From assembly GCA_964242225.1 (NCBI GenBank), contig CAXTAE010000001.1:650169-714168 (forward strand): a DNA stretch of 64,000 bases, in the 5' to 3' direction. The stretch comes from an uncultured Acidobacteriaceae bacterium. GTDB lineage: Bacteria > Acidobacteriota > Terriglobia > Terriglobales > Acidobacteriaceae. How positions within the stretch are numbered: position 1 is the first letter of the stretch; each line of letters starts with the position of its first letter. The notes below the pieces were generated by a model. That model was not told the DNA's origin. It did no database searches and was given only the letters and a program-made list of their open reading frames with translations. Of this stretch, positions 10,198 to 19,528 are shown one piece after another. Both the position numbers and the translations under genes were made by a program.

Positions 10198-11826
10198 TTG
10201 AGGGCTGAGGAGACTGGCTTGAAGGCTTCGGAGAGCCCTTGGCTTCTGGCGGTTACTCCCGCGATGTTGCTGCTTGCGCCCGTGTACGCACCGTTCATCT
10301 CGGTCCGGCACAAGTACTTCTACCATCTGGAGGGTTCAGCCACCACGGTGCTCGTTGCCGTGCTGCTGAACCTTTTCGTCACTTGGCTGCTCTTTGCGGC
10401 GCTGTTGTGGGTGGCGAACCACGTGGCTCCCCTGCGACTGGCATTCTGGTCGATCTTTGTCGCCGTGCTGCCGTGGTTGCTTGCCCACCACTACTCCGTG
10501 CTCATGGATCGTGGACTGCCGGGAAAGGTGAACAAGGCGCTTCTGCTGCTCTGCCCGTTGTTTCTTGTGGCGGTGGCAGTTTCGTACCGTTCCTTTCTTC
10601 TTTCTCGGTCTGAGCGAATCTACGATCGCCTCGGCGGGATCACGGCGCTGGTATCGCTTAGCTGGATGCTTACGATGGGGCAGCTGGTGTACTACGCAAT
10701 CGCCATGCGCGGCATCAACGATCCGCATCCGTTACACGGGGCCGCCGGCATTCAGGGATCGCTTAAGCAGCATGCGAAAGCAGTGGGACAGCACTCCCGG
10801 ATGATCTGGATCATCTTCGACGAGCTGGGGTACGACCAGCTCTATGCGAGACGACCCGCTGGCCTGGCTATGCCCAACTTTGACGCTCTCGCGGCACAGT
10901 CTACGGCCTTTACCGCCGCGATCGCTCCGGGCGACTACACCGAGCAGGTGGTGCCGGCGCTGCTGCTGGGGGAGCCTGCGCGGCGGGTCTCGTTTACGAC
11001 AAGTGGAGGCTTGCTGTACCAGAACACGCCAGCGGCCCAATGGCTGGCGTTTGACCCGCAGAGGACCGTCTTTGCCGATGCCTTGCAGGCCGGGGTCTCG
11101 ACCGCTGTGGCGGGTTGGCACAACCCCTACTGCCGCCTGCTCTCCCCGGTTCTGGACCACTGCTTCTGGAGCTCGCGCGTCGACTCCGCTACGCCCGACT
11201 TTGAGGGTGTCGCTTCGCTGCAGGAGAATGCCCTGGGGCCGGCCCGGCGCATGCTTTTCAGTCTCACGGCGGGAAGCCATGGCCGCGCCGCTGCCGCTGC
11301 CGAGAAGCGTATCGCGGATTTGCACATAGCCGATGTCACCGCACTGGTCGGCGCTGCAGACAAGATGCTCGCGGATACCTCCATCGGCTTTCTGTTTGTT
11401 CACCTCCCCGTCCCGCATCCGGCAGGCATCTACGACCGGCGGCAGGGAAAAATGACCGATGTCGGGCGCTCTTCCTACGTTGACAACTTGGCGCTGGCGG
11501 ACAAGGTGCTCGGCCACCTGCGGGACGAACTGGCCGCCCACGGTGACTGGGATGGGGCTACCGTACTGGTGATGGGCGACCATGCCTGGCGAACCAAACT
11601 GTTGTGGGAGGGGCAGAGCAGCTGGACCTCCGAGGACCAGGAGGCCAGCCACAACGGTGGGTACGATCCACGGCCGGCCTACCTGGTCAAGCTGCCGCAT
11701 CAGGCAACGGGCACGCGCATCGCTACCCCTTTCCCTACTTTGCGCACGCGGGCGCTTTTTGACCAGGTACTGGAAGGCAGGATGACCTCGGTCGATGAGC
11801 TGCAGCGGTGGGCTGCGCAGCCGTAG
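10198..11826 (+). CDS. Membrane alkaline-phosphatase-superfamily (sulfatase-like / LtaS-EptA-like) transferase, NoeB-like
   Basis: About five N-terminal TM helices; IWIIFDEL, YTEQVVP, FVHLPVPH and VMGDHAWR metal-site motifs. Confidence 0.78.
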   Translation: MRAEETGLKASESPWLLAVTPAMLLLAPVYAPFISVRHKYFYHLEGSATTVLVAVLLNLFVTWLLFAALLWVANHVAPLRLAFWSIFVAVLPWLLAHHYSVLMDRGLPGKVNKALLLLCPLFLVAVAVSYRSFLLSRSERIYDRLGGITALVSLSWMLTMGQLVYYAIAMRGINDPHPLHGAAGIQGSLKQHAKAVGQHSRMIWIIFDELGYDQLYARRPAGLAMPNFDALAAQSTAFTAAIAPGDYTEQVVPALLLGEPARRVSFTTSGGLLYQNTPAAQWLAFDPQRTVFADALQAGVSTAVAGWHNPYCRLLSPVLDHCFWSSRVDSATPDFEGVASLQENALGPARRMLFSLTAGSHGRAAAAAEKRIADLHIADVTALVGAADKMLADTSIGFLFVHLPVPHPAGIYDRRQGKMTDVGRSSYVDNLALADKVLGHLRDELAAHGDWDGATVLVMGDHAWRTKLLWEGQSSWTSEDQEASHNGGYDPRPAYLVKLPHQATGTRIATPFPTLRTRALFDQVLEGRMTSVDELQRWAAQP

Positions 11827-11872
11827 CGGCTGCCGTGTACCGGGGCTTCAGCCGCTGCGTAAGATAAGGGAT

Positions 11873-12454
11873 ATGGTTTTTGTGTTGGACAACTACGACA
11901 GCTTCACCTACAACCTCGTGCAGTACATGGGGGAGATGGGAGCGGAGATCGTGGTAAAGCGCAACGACGAGGTGACGCCGGAGGCGGTGGTGGCAATGCG
12001 GCCGGAGCGGATTCTGCTCTCGCCGGGCCCGTGTACGCCGGGCGAAGCGGGGATCCTGATCCCGCTGATTGAGCGTCTCGCCCTGCTGCCCGAGGCCGAG
12101 CAGATTCCGGTATTAGGCGTTTGCCTCGGGCACCAGGCGATTGGTGCAGCATTTGGCGGCCAGGTGGTGCGGGCAGCCAACCTGATGCATGGCAAGACCA
12201 GCGTCGTGGCGCACGATGGGCGAACCATTTTCCGGGATCTGCCTCAGCCAATGACCTGCACGCGCTACCACTCCCTGATCGTCGAAGAGAGCAGTGTGCC
12301 GGAGACCCTGGAGGTCTCGGCGCGGGTAGCGGGTGAGGGAACGATCATGGCATTGCGGCACCGCACGCTGCCGATCGAGGGTGTGCAATTTCATCCCGAG
12401 AGCGTTCTGACCGAACATGGCAAGCAGCTGATCGCCAACTTCCTGAGGGGCTGA
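11873..12454 (+). CDS. trpG: Anthranilate/aminodeoxychorismate synthase glutamine amidotransferase component II
   Basis: MVFVLDNYDSFTYNL, LSPGPC, GVCLGHQ and GVQFHPES motifs; ATG at 11873. Confidence 0.92.
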   Translation: MVFVLDNYDSFTYNLVQYMGEMGAEIVVKRNDEVTPEAVVAMRPERILLSPGPCTPGEAGILIPLIERLALLPEAEQIPVLGVCLGHQAIGAAFGGQVVRAANLMHGKTSVVAHDGRTIFRDLPQPMTCTRYHSLIVEESSVPETLEVSARVAGEGTIMALRHRTLPIEGVQFHPESVLTEHGKQLIANFLRG

Positions 12455-13389
12455 TGGGAGTTCTTATATCCCGCAAGTACGATCATGCAACTCGCTCGGC
12501 GCCGGCGCTTCTTTTCCTGTTGTTAAACGCCTGTTCTCTGCCGGCCCAACAACCGCAGCCGATGGGCTCTGTGAGCACTCGTGACGCGCGGGTGACTGGT
12601 GGCCTGGAGGTGGGCGGGGAGATCGCCCGGCTGATCAACAATGCCAGCGTAACGTCCTCTGATCGTGCCGCTCCGGTGGCACTGAGCCGCGGTGGGCATG
12701 TGCTGGTGTGCGCGCGAAGCGAGTTTCGCATGCTGCGCTCCGGGTCGGCAGGGGCTCTGCTCTTCGGGCTAAACCGCGGCGCCATTGAGCTGTACTCCGA
12801 AGGCCAGACGGGCGACGTGATCCTGACGCCGGACCTGAAGCTGACGCCGGTTACCAAGGGCAGCTTCGATCTGCGAGTTCGTGTGGCTGGTGATGGCGAC
12901 ACCTGCGTGGAGAACGCTGGAACGACCGCGCCGGTGCTCAACGCAACCGACGCATTCAGCTCTAACAGCTATCGCGTTCTGCCAGGGCAGCACCTGCTGT
13001 TCGTGACGGGAGATCTGCACAAGGTTGTGGACCACGAGCGAACGCCCTGCGGCTGTCCGGCAGCGTTGCCCCCAATGTTGGTCGGGAAGAATGGTCAGCC
13101 CGCCTCAAGTGCCGCGGCTGCGCACCCGTTCCCGCAGGATGAAAGTGAAGGGCTGATACCGAGCATCGCGCCGGCCAACGAAGCTCCTGTCGGTGTGGCC
13201 AGTTCACAGGTCTCGACAACCTTCAGTTATGAGGACGGGCGAGGCGCACCACCGCCGGGCGGCGACACGGCCGCGACTGCTGCAGAGCCAGCTTCAGGGG
13301 TCGCCGTGCCCGCGGTCGGCAGCGCCAAGGGCGGGTTCGGCGGCGCCCTAAGGCGATTCTTCCACCACCTGTTTCACCCAGGATCGTAG
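12454..13389 (+). CDS. Hypothetical exported protein (beta-rich, possibly FecR-like), translationally coupled to trpG
   Basis: TGATG overlap with the trpG stop; hydrophobic signal-like stretch; CPxC-like PCGCP; Pro/Ala-rich tail. Confidence 0.6.
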   Translation: MGVLISRKYDHATRSAPALLFLLLNACSLPAQQPQPMGSVSTRDARVTGGLEVGGEIARLINNASVTSSDRAAPVALSRGGHVLVCARSEFRMLRSGSAGALLFGLNRGAIELYSEGQTGDVILTPDLKLTPVTKGSFDLRVRVAGDGDTCVENAGTTAPVLNATDAFSSNSYRVLPGQHLLFVTGDLHKVVDHERTPCGCPAALPPMLVGKNGQPASSAAAAHPFPQDESEGLIPSIAPANEAPVGVASSQVSTTFSYEDGRGAPPPGGDTAATAAEPASGVAVPAVGSAKGGFGGALRRFFHHLFHPGS

Positions 13390-13551
13390 ACCTCTCCGCC
13401 CCTGGGCAGACCTGGCCTATGTTCGCGCAAACGAATCGAGCGCACCCGAGGTGTTTACACTAAGGGAGGCCTGGACGATGCCGCTCCCTGCGAGCGGATG
13501 CTCACGCACAACTTCTTCGGCAACACCCCGCAATTGAGAACAGGAGTTCCT

Positions 13552-14112
13552 ATGGCGATTCCCGCCACGCAGATGCGCCCCGGCATGGTCATCAAGTTCA
13601 AAGATGATCTTCACCTTGTGTTTTCCGTTGAACACCGGACGCCCGGCAATCTTCGCGCCTTTATCCAGGCCAAGCTGCGCAACATTCGCACCGGCTCGAT
13701 GTTTGTCGAGCGTTTTCGTTCACCGGATCCCATCGATCGCGTCATTGTCGACGAGATCAAGATGGAGTACCTCTACAACGATGGCGACGATTACTACTTC
13801 ATGGACCAGGAGAATTACGAGCAGACGGTCTTGAAGCAGGACGTGCTCGGCGACGCAGTGGAGTACCTGACCCCCAACCTCCTAATCGCGGTGAGCTTCC
13901 ATGACGGGACGGCGGTGGGCATTGAGCTGCCCCCCTCGGTGGAGATGACCGTGGTGGAAACCGAGCCGGGCATCAAGTCGGCAACCGCCAGCTCCGTCAC
14001 CAAACCCGCTAAGACGGAAACTGGTCTGATGGTGCAGGTGCCGCCTTTTATCAACGAGGGCGAAAAGATCCGCGTAGATACGGCCGAAGGCGCGTACATG
14101 AGCCGGGCGTAA
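13552..14112 (+). CDS. efp: Elongation factor P (non-canonical PGNL tip)
   Basis: EF-P motifs KPAKTETG, QVPPFINEGEKIRVDT and YMSRA; caggag RBS before ATG 13552; loop reads HRTPGNLR. Confidence 0.93.
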   Translation: MAIPATQMRPGMVIKFKDDLHLVFSVEHRTPGNLRAFIQAKLRNIRTGSMFVERFRSPDPIDRVIVDEIKMEYLYNDGDDYYFMDQENYEQTVLKQDVLGDAVEYLTPNLLIAVSFHDGTAVGIELPPSVEMTVVETEPGIKSATASSVTKPAKTETGLMVQVPPFINEGEKIRVDTAEGAYMSRA

Positions 14113-14143
14113 ACAACTCTTCACGGCAAGCGTTCTGGGCAAC

Positions 14144-14197
14144 AAAAAGGACCTGCTCCTAAGCCATCGCGGCACCGGAGCAGGTCTCCTTTTTTGT
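14144..14197. terminator. Bidirectional intrinsic terminator after efp
   Basis: aaaaaggacctgctcc ... ggagcaggtctccttttt stem with A and T tracts at both ends. Confidence 0.75.
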
Positions 14198-14219
14198 AGA
14201 GCGTGGTGAGAAATAGTGT

Positions 14220-14894
14220 CTAGAACTTGTAAACGGCGCTGATTGCCGGCTCTTCGGTCGCGCGCCACGCACGGGTGCTGATGGCGGGCTGGTAGAAGTT
14301 TGGTGCACGGTAGTAGAGCGAGCGCCCGGAAACCCGGAAGGCAATGTGCTTGTCCCCGGTGGGAATATCAAAGCCAGCCTCCAACAGCCCCGCGCCGCGA
14401 ATCTGATTCGAGGCCGTCTGCGGTGTAAAGTCCAGCGCGCCGCCGCCAATCTCCAGATAAGGCTGGAAAGGAATCCGCTTGGGATGAAAGAGGTAGCCGC
14501 CCGTGAACTCATGTACATCAGTGGTGACGTTGGTCTGCCCGGCCGCTGCGCTGTCCGTGTAGTTGTAGGTGAAACGCTCCTGGTAATGATTGAAGCCGTA
14601 GTTCAGAGCGATGCCGGCCCAGGGCTTCGGATGAAACTGCAATGAGGAAACAAAGCCTGCCGACCATGTGGTGAACTGCTGCTGGTTGAACACCTGATCG
14701 GTATGCGTCCCATTCGGGATGGCATAGGTGTTGTTCACGTACCCATTGTTGGACTCGAGGATCGTGCTGAACTGTCCGGTTCCTCCGACGGACAAGCTGG
14801 CCCCGTGACTCTTCAGGTAGCCGTCCTGTGCGGCTGCGGACACCGCGGACAGTACGAGAACGACGGGGAGTGTGCGGCGAAGAAGCTGGATCAT
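14220..14894 (-). CDS. Outer-membrane beta-barrel protein (OmpW/Ail-like, hypothetical)
   Basis: Signal peptide ending SAAAQ, amphipathic strands, PYLEIGGG and C-terminal aromatic VYKF. Confidence 0.7.
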   Translation of the reverse strand: MIQLLRRTLPVVLVLSAVSAAAQDGYLKSHGASLSVGGTGQFSTILESNNGYVNNTYAIPNGTHTDQVFNQQQFTTWSAGFVSSLQFHPKPWAGIALNYGFNHYQERFTYNYTDSAAAGQTNVTTDVHEFTGGYLFHPKRIPFQPYLEIGGGALDFTPQTASNQIRGAGLLEAGFDIPTGDKHIAFRVSGRSLYYRAPNFYQPAISTRAWRATEEPAISAVYKF

Positions 14895-15119
14895 GGATAG
14901 GTCTCCTCAGAGATGGTTCAGGAGAAGAGGAGACTGGCAGTCTGAACGTTCGGGGGCCTGTATCTCAACTTCTCAGCTGTTTCGGAAACGACAGCGAGGT
15001 ACCTGCTGTCGGTAATGTCGGTCGTGTTTCAGAAAGACAGACGCCGGGGCTGCGGAGTGAGGTTGTCTTGAAGCGCTTAGGTTGTGTAGTTCCTTCGCAC
15101 TCTGCGATACTGCAATGTT

Positions 15120-15401
15120 ATGGTGTTGCACTTTCTGATCCGTGGGCGGGTGCAGGGCGTAGGGTTCCGCTGGTTCGTGCATCGTAAGGCCGCCGAACTG
15201 GGGCTGCTGGGTACTGTGCGCAATACTGATACGGGCGAGGTGGAGGTAGTTGCGGCCGGGGACGCCGAGGCTCTCGACGAGCTGCGCACCGAGCTGCACC
15301 GGGGCTCGCGCGGCAGTCGTGTCGACAAAGTGGTCGAGCACGAATTGGCCGAGAGCGAGGCCGAAACGTTAGGGCCCTTCACCATAGAAGGGGCCTGGTA
15401 G
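15120..15401 (+). CDS. acyP: Acylphosphatase
   Basis: GRVQGVGFRWF and GTVRNTDTGEVEV motifs. Confidence 0.9.
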   Translation: MVLHFLIRGRVQGVGFRWFVHRKAAELGLLGTVRNTDTGEVEVVAAGDAEALDELRTELHRGSRGSRVDKVVEHELAESEAETLGPFTIEGAW

Positions 15402-15467
15402 GGTTAGCAGTGCGCGGCAGACCCGCGCCGAGCGCTGGCGGTCCAGACCTGCTACAAAGAGTGTTGT

Positions 15468-16004
15468 ATGTCTGACATCAATTGCGAGCCGCTGAAGGCG
15501 CTCATCCGTACTGTGCCCGATTACCCCAAGCCGGGCATTCTCTTCTACGACATCACGACACTGCTCAAGGACAAGGCCGGCTTCGCGCTGATCATCGATG
15601 CCTTTGCGTCGCACTACATCGGGCGCGGCATCGATCTGGTGCTGGGTACGGAGGCGCGCGGCTTCATCTTCGCGCCGGCCATTGCGTACCGCCTGAATGC
15701 GGGCTTCATCCCGGTGCGCAAGCCCAACAAGCTGCCGGCGGCGACGCTCAAGGTAAGTTACGACCTGGAATATGGCTCCGACGCGCTGGAGATCCATACC
15801 GACGCGATTGAGCCGGGGCAGAAAGTCCTGCTGGTGGATGATCTGCTGGCCACCGGCGGCACCATGGGCGCCACGGTAAAGCTGGTTGAGCAGCTTGGCG
15901 GAAAAGTGGCAGGCATTGCGTTTGCAATCGAGCTTGATTTTCTGCAAGGCCGCGATAAGCTGGCCGGACATGAAGTCTTCAGCTTGTTGCACTATGCAGA
16001 GTAG
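15468..16004 (+). CDS. apt: Adenine phosphoribosyltransferase
   Basis: [27 protein letters not shown] and [12 protein letters not shown] motifs. Confidence 0.93.
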   Translation: MSDINCEPLKALIRTVPDYPKPGILFYDITTLLKDKAGFALIIDAFASHYIGRGIDLVLGTEARGFIFAPAIAYRLNAGFIPVRKPNKLPAATLKVSYDLEYGSDALEIHTDAIEPGQKVLLVDDLLATGGTMGATVKLVEQLGGKVAGIAFAIELDFLQGRDKLAGHEVFSLLHYAE

Positions 16005-17040
16005 CCTCACGGGCAAAGCTCGCTTCCTCCTCTCGGCCGCACTTCTCTTTTCTGCCGTTTCCAGCGGCTTTGGTCAGACTGCTGCCGAAGATCAGGCAAA
16101 GGTGGGGCAAGCGGAATCTCCGCTGGTCAGCATCGTCAAGAAGAACGAGCTTCAAGGTGAGTCTAAGCATCCTTTTCACTTGAAGCTCTCGTTCCAATTG
16201 TTCGATCTGCTTGGGAAAGCAGAGGAGCAGGGAACCTTGGAGTATTGGTGGGCGGCTGAGGTTGGGTCTCACCTCGACATCACGTCGCCATCTCTCAGCA
16301 GTCTTCACGAGGTTCGCTTTGACGTACTTCCAAATATTGCAACGCGCCGCCGCCTGTATCTTGCAAGCGAACTCCTGAACGCCATGCGTGCTCCGGCTGA
16401 ATCTGCTGCTTACTACACCGGTCAGGCTGTTGCAAATAATCGAAGCTCGGGCGACTACAAGCTGAAGTGTTTGCAAGTGGGGCAGTCAACCGGTGAAATC
16501 AATGTGTGTACCGGGGAGGTGGGAACCGCTATTCGGATGGTGAGTCGGCCCGACTACCTCCTTGTGCGCAACGCGATAGGGCGGTTCGCGGCGACAGATG
16601 TCGCGCTAGACGAGGTCATCTATTTAGCAGGCAAGATGGCTATCAAAGGACATATCGACAAGCTGGAGAGCTTCGATCCGACTCAGCATCCCGGTTTTCT
16701 TGACACTGACAAACCCGTCCCTGCACAGCCCGGTGCGCCGCCATCTGTGACCATTCCAGGGCACGTTCTGGCCGGTGAAATTCAGACCAGAGTAACTCCG
16801 TCCTACCCGGATTCAGCACGGGTTCGCCGAATAAGCGGCCAAGTGCTCTTGCATGCTGACATCACAGAAAAGGGTCAGGTAGAGAATATTTTTCCCATTG
16901 CGAGTGCAGACGACGCGTTTACGGACGCTGCAATAGCTGCAGTGAAGCAATGGAGGTATCGCCCCTACCTCTTGAATGGGTCCCCTGTCCGAGTAGACAC
17001 CACTGTGACGGTCAACTTCTACCTGAACAGTGGTGGATAG
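15994..17040 (+). CDS. Exported protein with C-terminal TonB domain
   Basis: Signal peptide from ATG 15994; C-terminal PSYPDSAR...GQVLLHADI...[28 protein letters not shown]. Confidence 0.8.
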   Translation: MQSSLTGKARFLLSAALLFSAVSSGFGQTAAEDQAKVGQAESPLVSIVKKNELQGESKHPFHLKLSFQLFDLLGKAEEQGTLEYWWAAEVGSHLDITSPSLSSLHEVRFDVLPNIATRRRLYLASELLNAMRAPAESAAYYTGQAVANNRSSGDYKLKCLQVGQSTGEINVCTGEVGTAIRMVSRPDYLLVRNAIGRFAATDVALDEVIYLAGKMAIKGHIDKLESFDPTQHPGFLDTDKPVPAQPGAPPSVTIPGHVLAGEIQTRVTPSYPDSARVRRISGQVLLHADITEKGQVENIFPIASADDAFTDAAIAAVKQWRYRPYLLNGSPVRVDTTVTVNFYLNSGG

Positions 17041-17089
17041 GTTCGAGGCTTGGCTCCAGTGAGACGCATCCAATTCACTGAGGACAACC

Positions 17090-18139
17090 ATGACCAAGAG
17101 CTTTGGATATGCTGCACAGACGCAATCGGCACCGCTGGCTGCTTACAACTTTGATCGCCGCGAACCCGGCCCCAAGGATGTCGTGCTCGACATCGAGTAC
17201 TGCGGCATCTGCCACTCGGATATTCACCAGGTCCGCGGCGAATGGGGCTCGAAGCTTTATCCCATGGTCCCGGGTCACGAGATCGTCGGCAAGGTGAAGG
17301 CGGTCGGGGCCGAGGTCACGCGCTTCAAGGTGGGCGATGCGGCCGCGGTCGGCGTCATCGTGGAGAGCTGCCTGCACTGCGACAACTGCAAGGCCGATCT
17401 GGAAAACTACTGCAGCGATGGCGGCGGGCGCGACACGTATAACTCCGTGCTGCGTAACGGCGAGCGCACGATGGGCGGCTATGCCACCAACATCGTCACG
17501 CCGGAGCACTTTGTGCACACGTTAAAGCCGGGCATCGACCTCGCCGGCACCGCCCCGTTGCTCTGCGCGGGCATTACAACGTACTCGCCGTTGAAGCACT
17601 GGGGCGCAGGGCCGGGCAAGAAGGTCGGCATCGTGGGTTTGGGCGGTCTGGGCCATCTTGGGCTAAAGTTTGCGCACTCCTTCGGGGCACACGTGGTGCA
17701 GTTCACCACCTCCGAGAGCAAGGTTGAGGATGCCAAGAAGCTGGGCGCCGACGAGGTCATCATTTCAAAGGACAAGGACGCAATGGCAAAGCATGCCGGC
17801 TCGTTCGACTTCATCCTGGACTGCGTTTCAGCGCCGCATGATATGGACGCTCTGCTGGGCCAGTTGCGGCTGAATGGAACGCTCTGCCTGGTCGGCATTC
17901 CCGAGGTGCCGTTGAGTGTGCAGCCGTTCTCCGTGGTGGCCAACCGGCGTTCGCTGGCCGGGTCAGGTATCGGCGGCATGAAGGAGACCCAGGAGATGCT
18001 GGACTATTGTGCGGAGAAAAAGATCGCCGCGGACGTCGAGGTGATCGGCTACGACAAGGTCAATGAAGCCTACGACCGCGTAGTGAAGGGCGATGTGAAA
18101 TACCGCTTTGTCCTGGATAACGCAACGCTGCAGCAGTAG
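17090..18139 (+). CDS. Zn-dependent NAD(P) alcohol dehydrogenase (YahK/cinnamyl-ADH type)
   Basis: CGICHSD, GHEIVG, CxxCxxC structural Zn site, APLLCAGITTY and GLGGLG motifs. Confidence 0.9.
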   Translation: MTKSFGYAAQTQSAPLAAYNFDRREPGPKDVVLDIEYCGICHSDIHQVRGEWGSKLYPMVPGHEIVGKVKAVGAEVTRFKVGDAAAVGVIVESCLHCDNCKADLENYCSDGGGRDTYNSVLRNGERTMGGYATNIVTPEHFVHTLKPGIDLAGTAPLLCAGITTYSPLKHWGAGPGKKVGIVGLGGLGHLGLKFAHSFGAHVVQFTTSESKVEDAKKLGADEVIISKDKDAMAKHAGSFDFILDCVSAPHDMDALLGQLRLNGTLCLVGIPEVPLSVQPFSVVANRRSLAGSGIGGMKETQEMLDYCAEKKIAADVEVIGYDKVNEAYDRVVKGDVKYRFVLDNATLQQ

Positions 18140-18274
18140 TTTGTTTGTTCAAGGAGAGGCATGGCTTCGGCTGTGCCTCTCCTTTTCTGGCGCTGCGACG
18201 TCGTTCCACCGGCAGGCCAGGGAACGCAGATTCTTTTCGGGAATGTGAGCAGAAACAATGCTCGCCGCATAGTT

Positions 18275-19462
18275 CTAGAGCCACACGATGCATTGCGGGG
18301 TGACCAGCGCCTGAATGCCGTGGGGCGTGAGCGTGCCCACAGCCGGGTCGCGGGCGAAAACCGTTATGTTGTTGCCGTCCTGGTTGGTGCAGACGAGCCA
18401 GCGTTCGGTGGGGTCCAGGGCGAAGTAACGGGGTGTGTGGCCGCCACAGGGGATCTGCTGCACGAGCTTCAGCGCGCCCGTAGTCGGGTCAATGCGGAAG
18501 GTGGAGAGACGGTCGATGCCGCGGGTGCAGGCGTAAAGGTACCTGCCGTCGTGAGAGATGGCGATCTCGGCGGCAGTGTTTGGCTGGCCGGTTACGGCTT
18601 CCGACGCCAGGGCGAGGTGCACGGTGTCGTTTGGGGCGAGCTGCGCTAAGGCGGCTCCGCCGTTGCTGTTCCAGGCGTAACGATCAATGGTGCAATCGAG
18701 CTCGTGAATGCAGTAGAGCCAGCGGCCGTTGGGGTGAAACGCCAAATGCCGAGGACCGGAGCCGAGGCGGGCGGGCAGGCGCTGCACCGCACCTAGGGTT
18801 GGGCCCAGCGGTGCGGAGCCGCCAGGATTGATCGGAAAGGCCAGAATAGCGTCGTCCCCGAGATCGCAGGCCAGGACGAATCGGTTGTCCGGCGAGAGGA
18901 TCGCGCAATGAATGTGTGGACCGTCCTGCCGGTCGTGAACGGGTCCGGGCGTGCCGCATTGCCCGCTCGCCTTCCAGGAGAAAGTGCCCGCAGCCGGACC
19001 TGCAGCTCCAACAGCATCGAGCGGGAAGGCTGCCAGGCTGCCACCGCCATAGTTGGCAGCAAACAGCAGCCGTCCGGTGCTATCGACGGAGACAAAGCAG
19101 GGGGAGTTACCGCGCGAGTCCTGAGAGCCGAGCGCGGTCAGCGTGGCGGTCGAGCGATCCAGGGCAAAGGCAGAGACCTGCGCGGCGTCACCCTCGCCTT
19201 CGTTGCAGGCGTACACGACGGGCAAGCGAGGGTGCAGCGCAAGGTAGGTGGGTTTGGGGGTCGCGATGGCCAGCTCAGGCGCGCTGAGTGTGCCGGTGCG
19301 GCCATTCCAACGCGCGCGGTAGATGCCCGCGCCCTGCGTCCCGAGCAGTACCCAGGAGGTGGCAGCCGTTGCGCTCTGACCGAATGAAAAACGCCTGCCG
19401 AAGGCTCCTGCGGCCAGTGCACCTTGCAGAAAACGACGGCGCGGAAAACTTCTTTCCAACAT
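18275..19462 (-). CDS. Lactonase family protein (6-phosphogluconolactonase-like beta-propeller), Tat-exported
   Basis: Tat motif FPRRRFLQG; ANYGGG, PHIH, CDLG, GSGPRHLAFHP and PRYFALDP motifs. Confidence 0.85.
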   Translation of the reverse strand: MLERSFPRRRFLQGALAAGAFGRRFSFGQSATAATSWVLLGTQGAGIYRARWNGRTGTLSAPELAIATPKPTYLALHPRLPVVYACNEGEGDAAQVSAFALDRSTATLTALGSQDSRGNSPCFVSVDSTGRLLFAANYGGGSLAAFPLDAVGAAGPAAGTFSWKASGQCGTPGPVHDRQDGPHIHCAILSPDNRFVLACDLGDDAILAFPINPGGSAPLGPTLGAVQRLPARLGSGPRHLAFHPNGRWLYCIHELDCTIDRYAWNSNGGAALAQLAPNDTVHLALASEAVTGQPNTAAEIAISHDGRYLYACTRGIDRLSTFRIDPTTGALKLVQQIPCGGHTPRYFALDPTERWLVCTNQDGNNITVFARDPAVGTLTPHGIQALVTPQCIVWL

Positions 19463-19528
19463 GGTTGCCGAGTGTATCGGAGCGGGGGCTAAGAAGTCTG
19501 TACAACCGAAGTCAGGGACGCTGCGGCG

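Noticed and set aside
14940-15000. CTGAGA on the - strand suggesting a TPP riboswitch
   Set aside because: The downstream ACCTGA and P4/P5 consensus could not be found.
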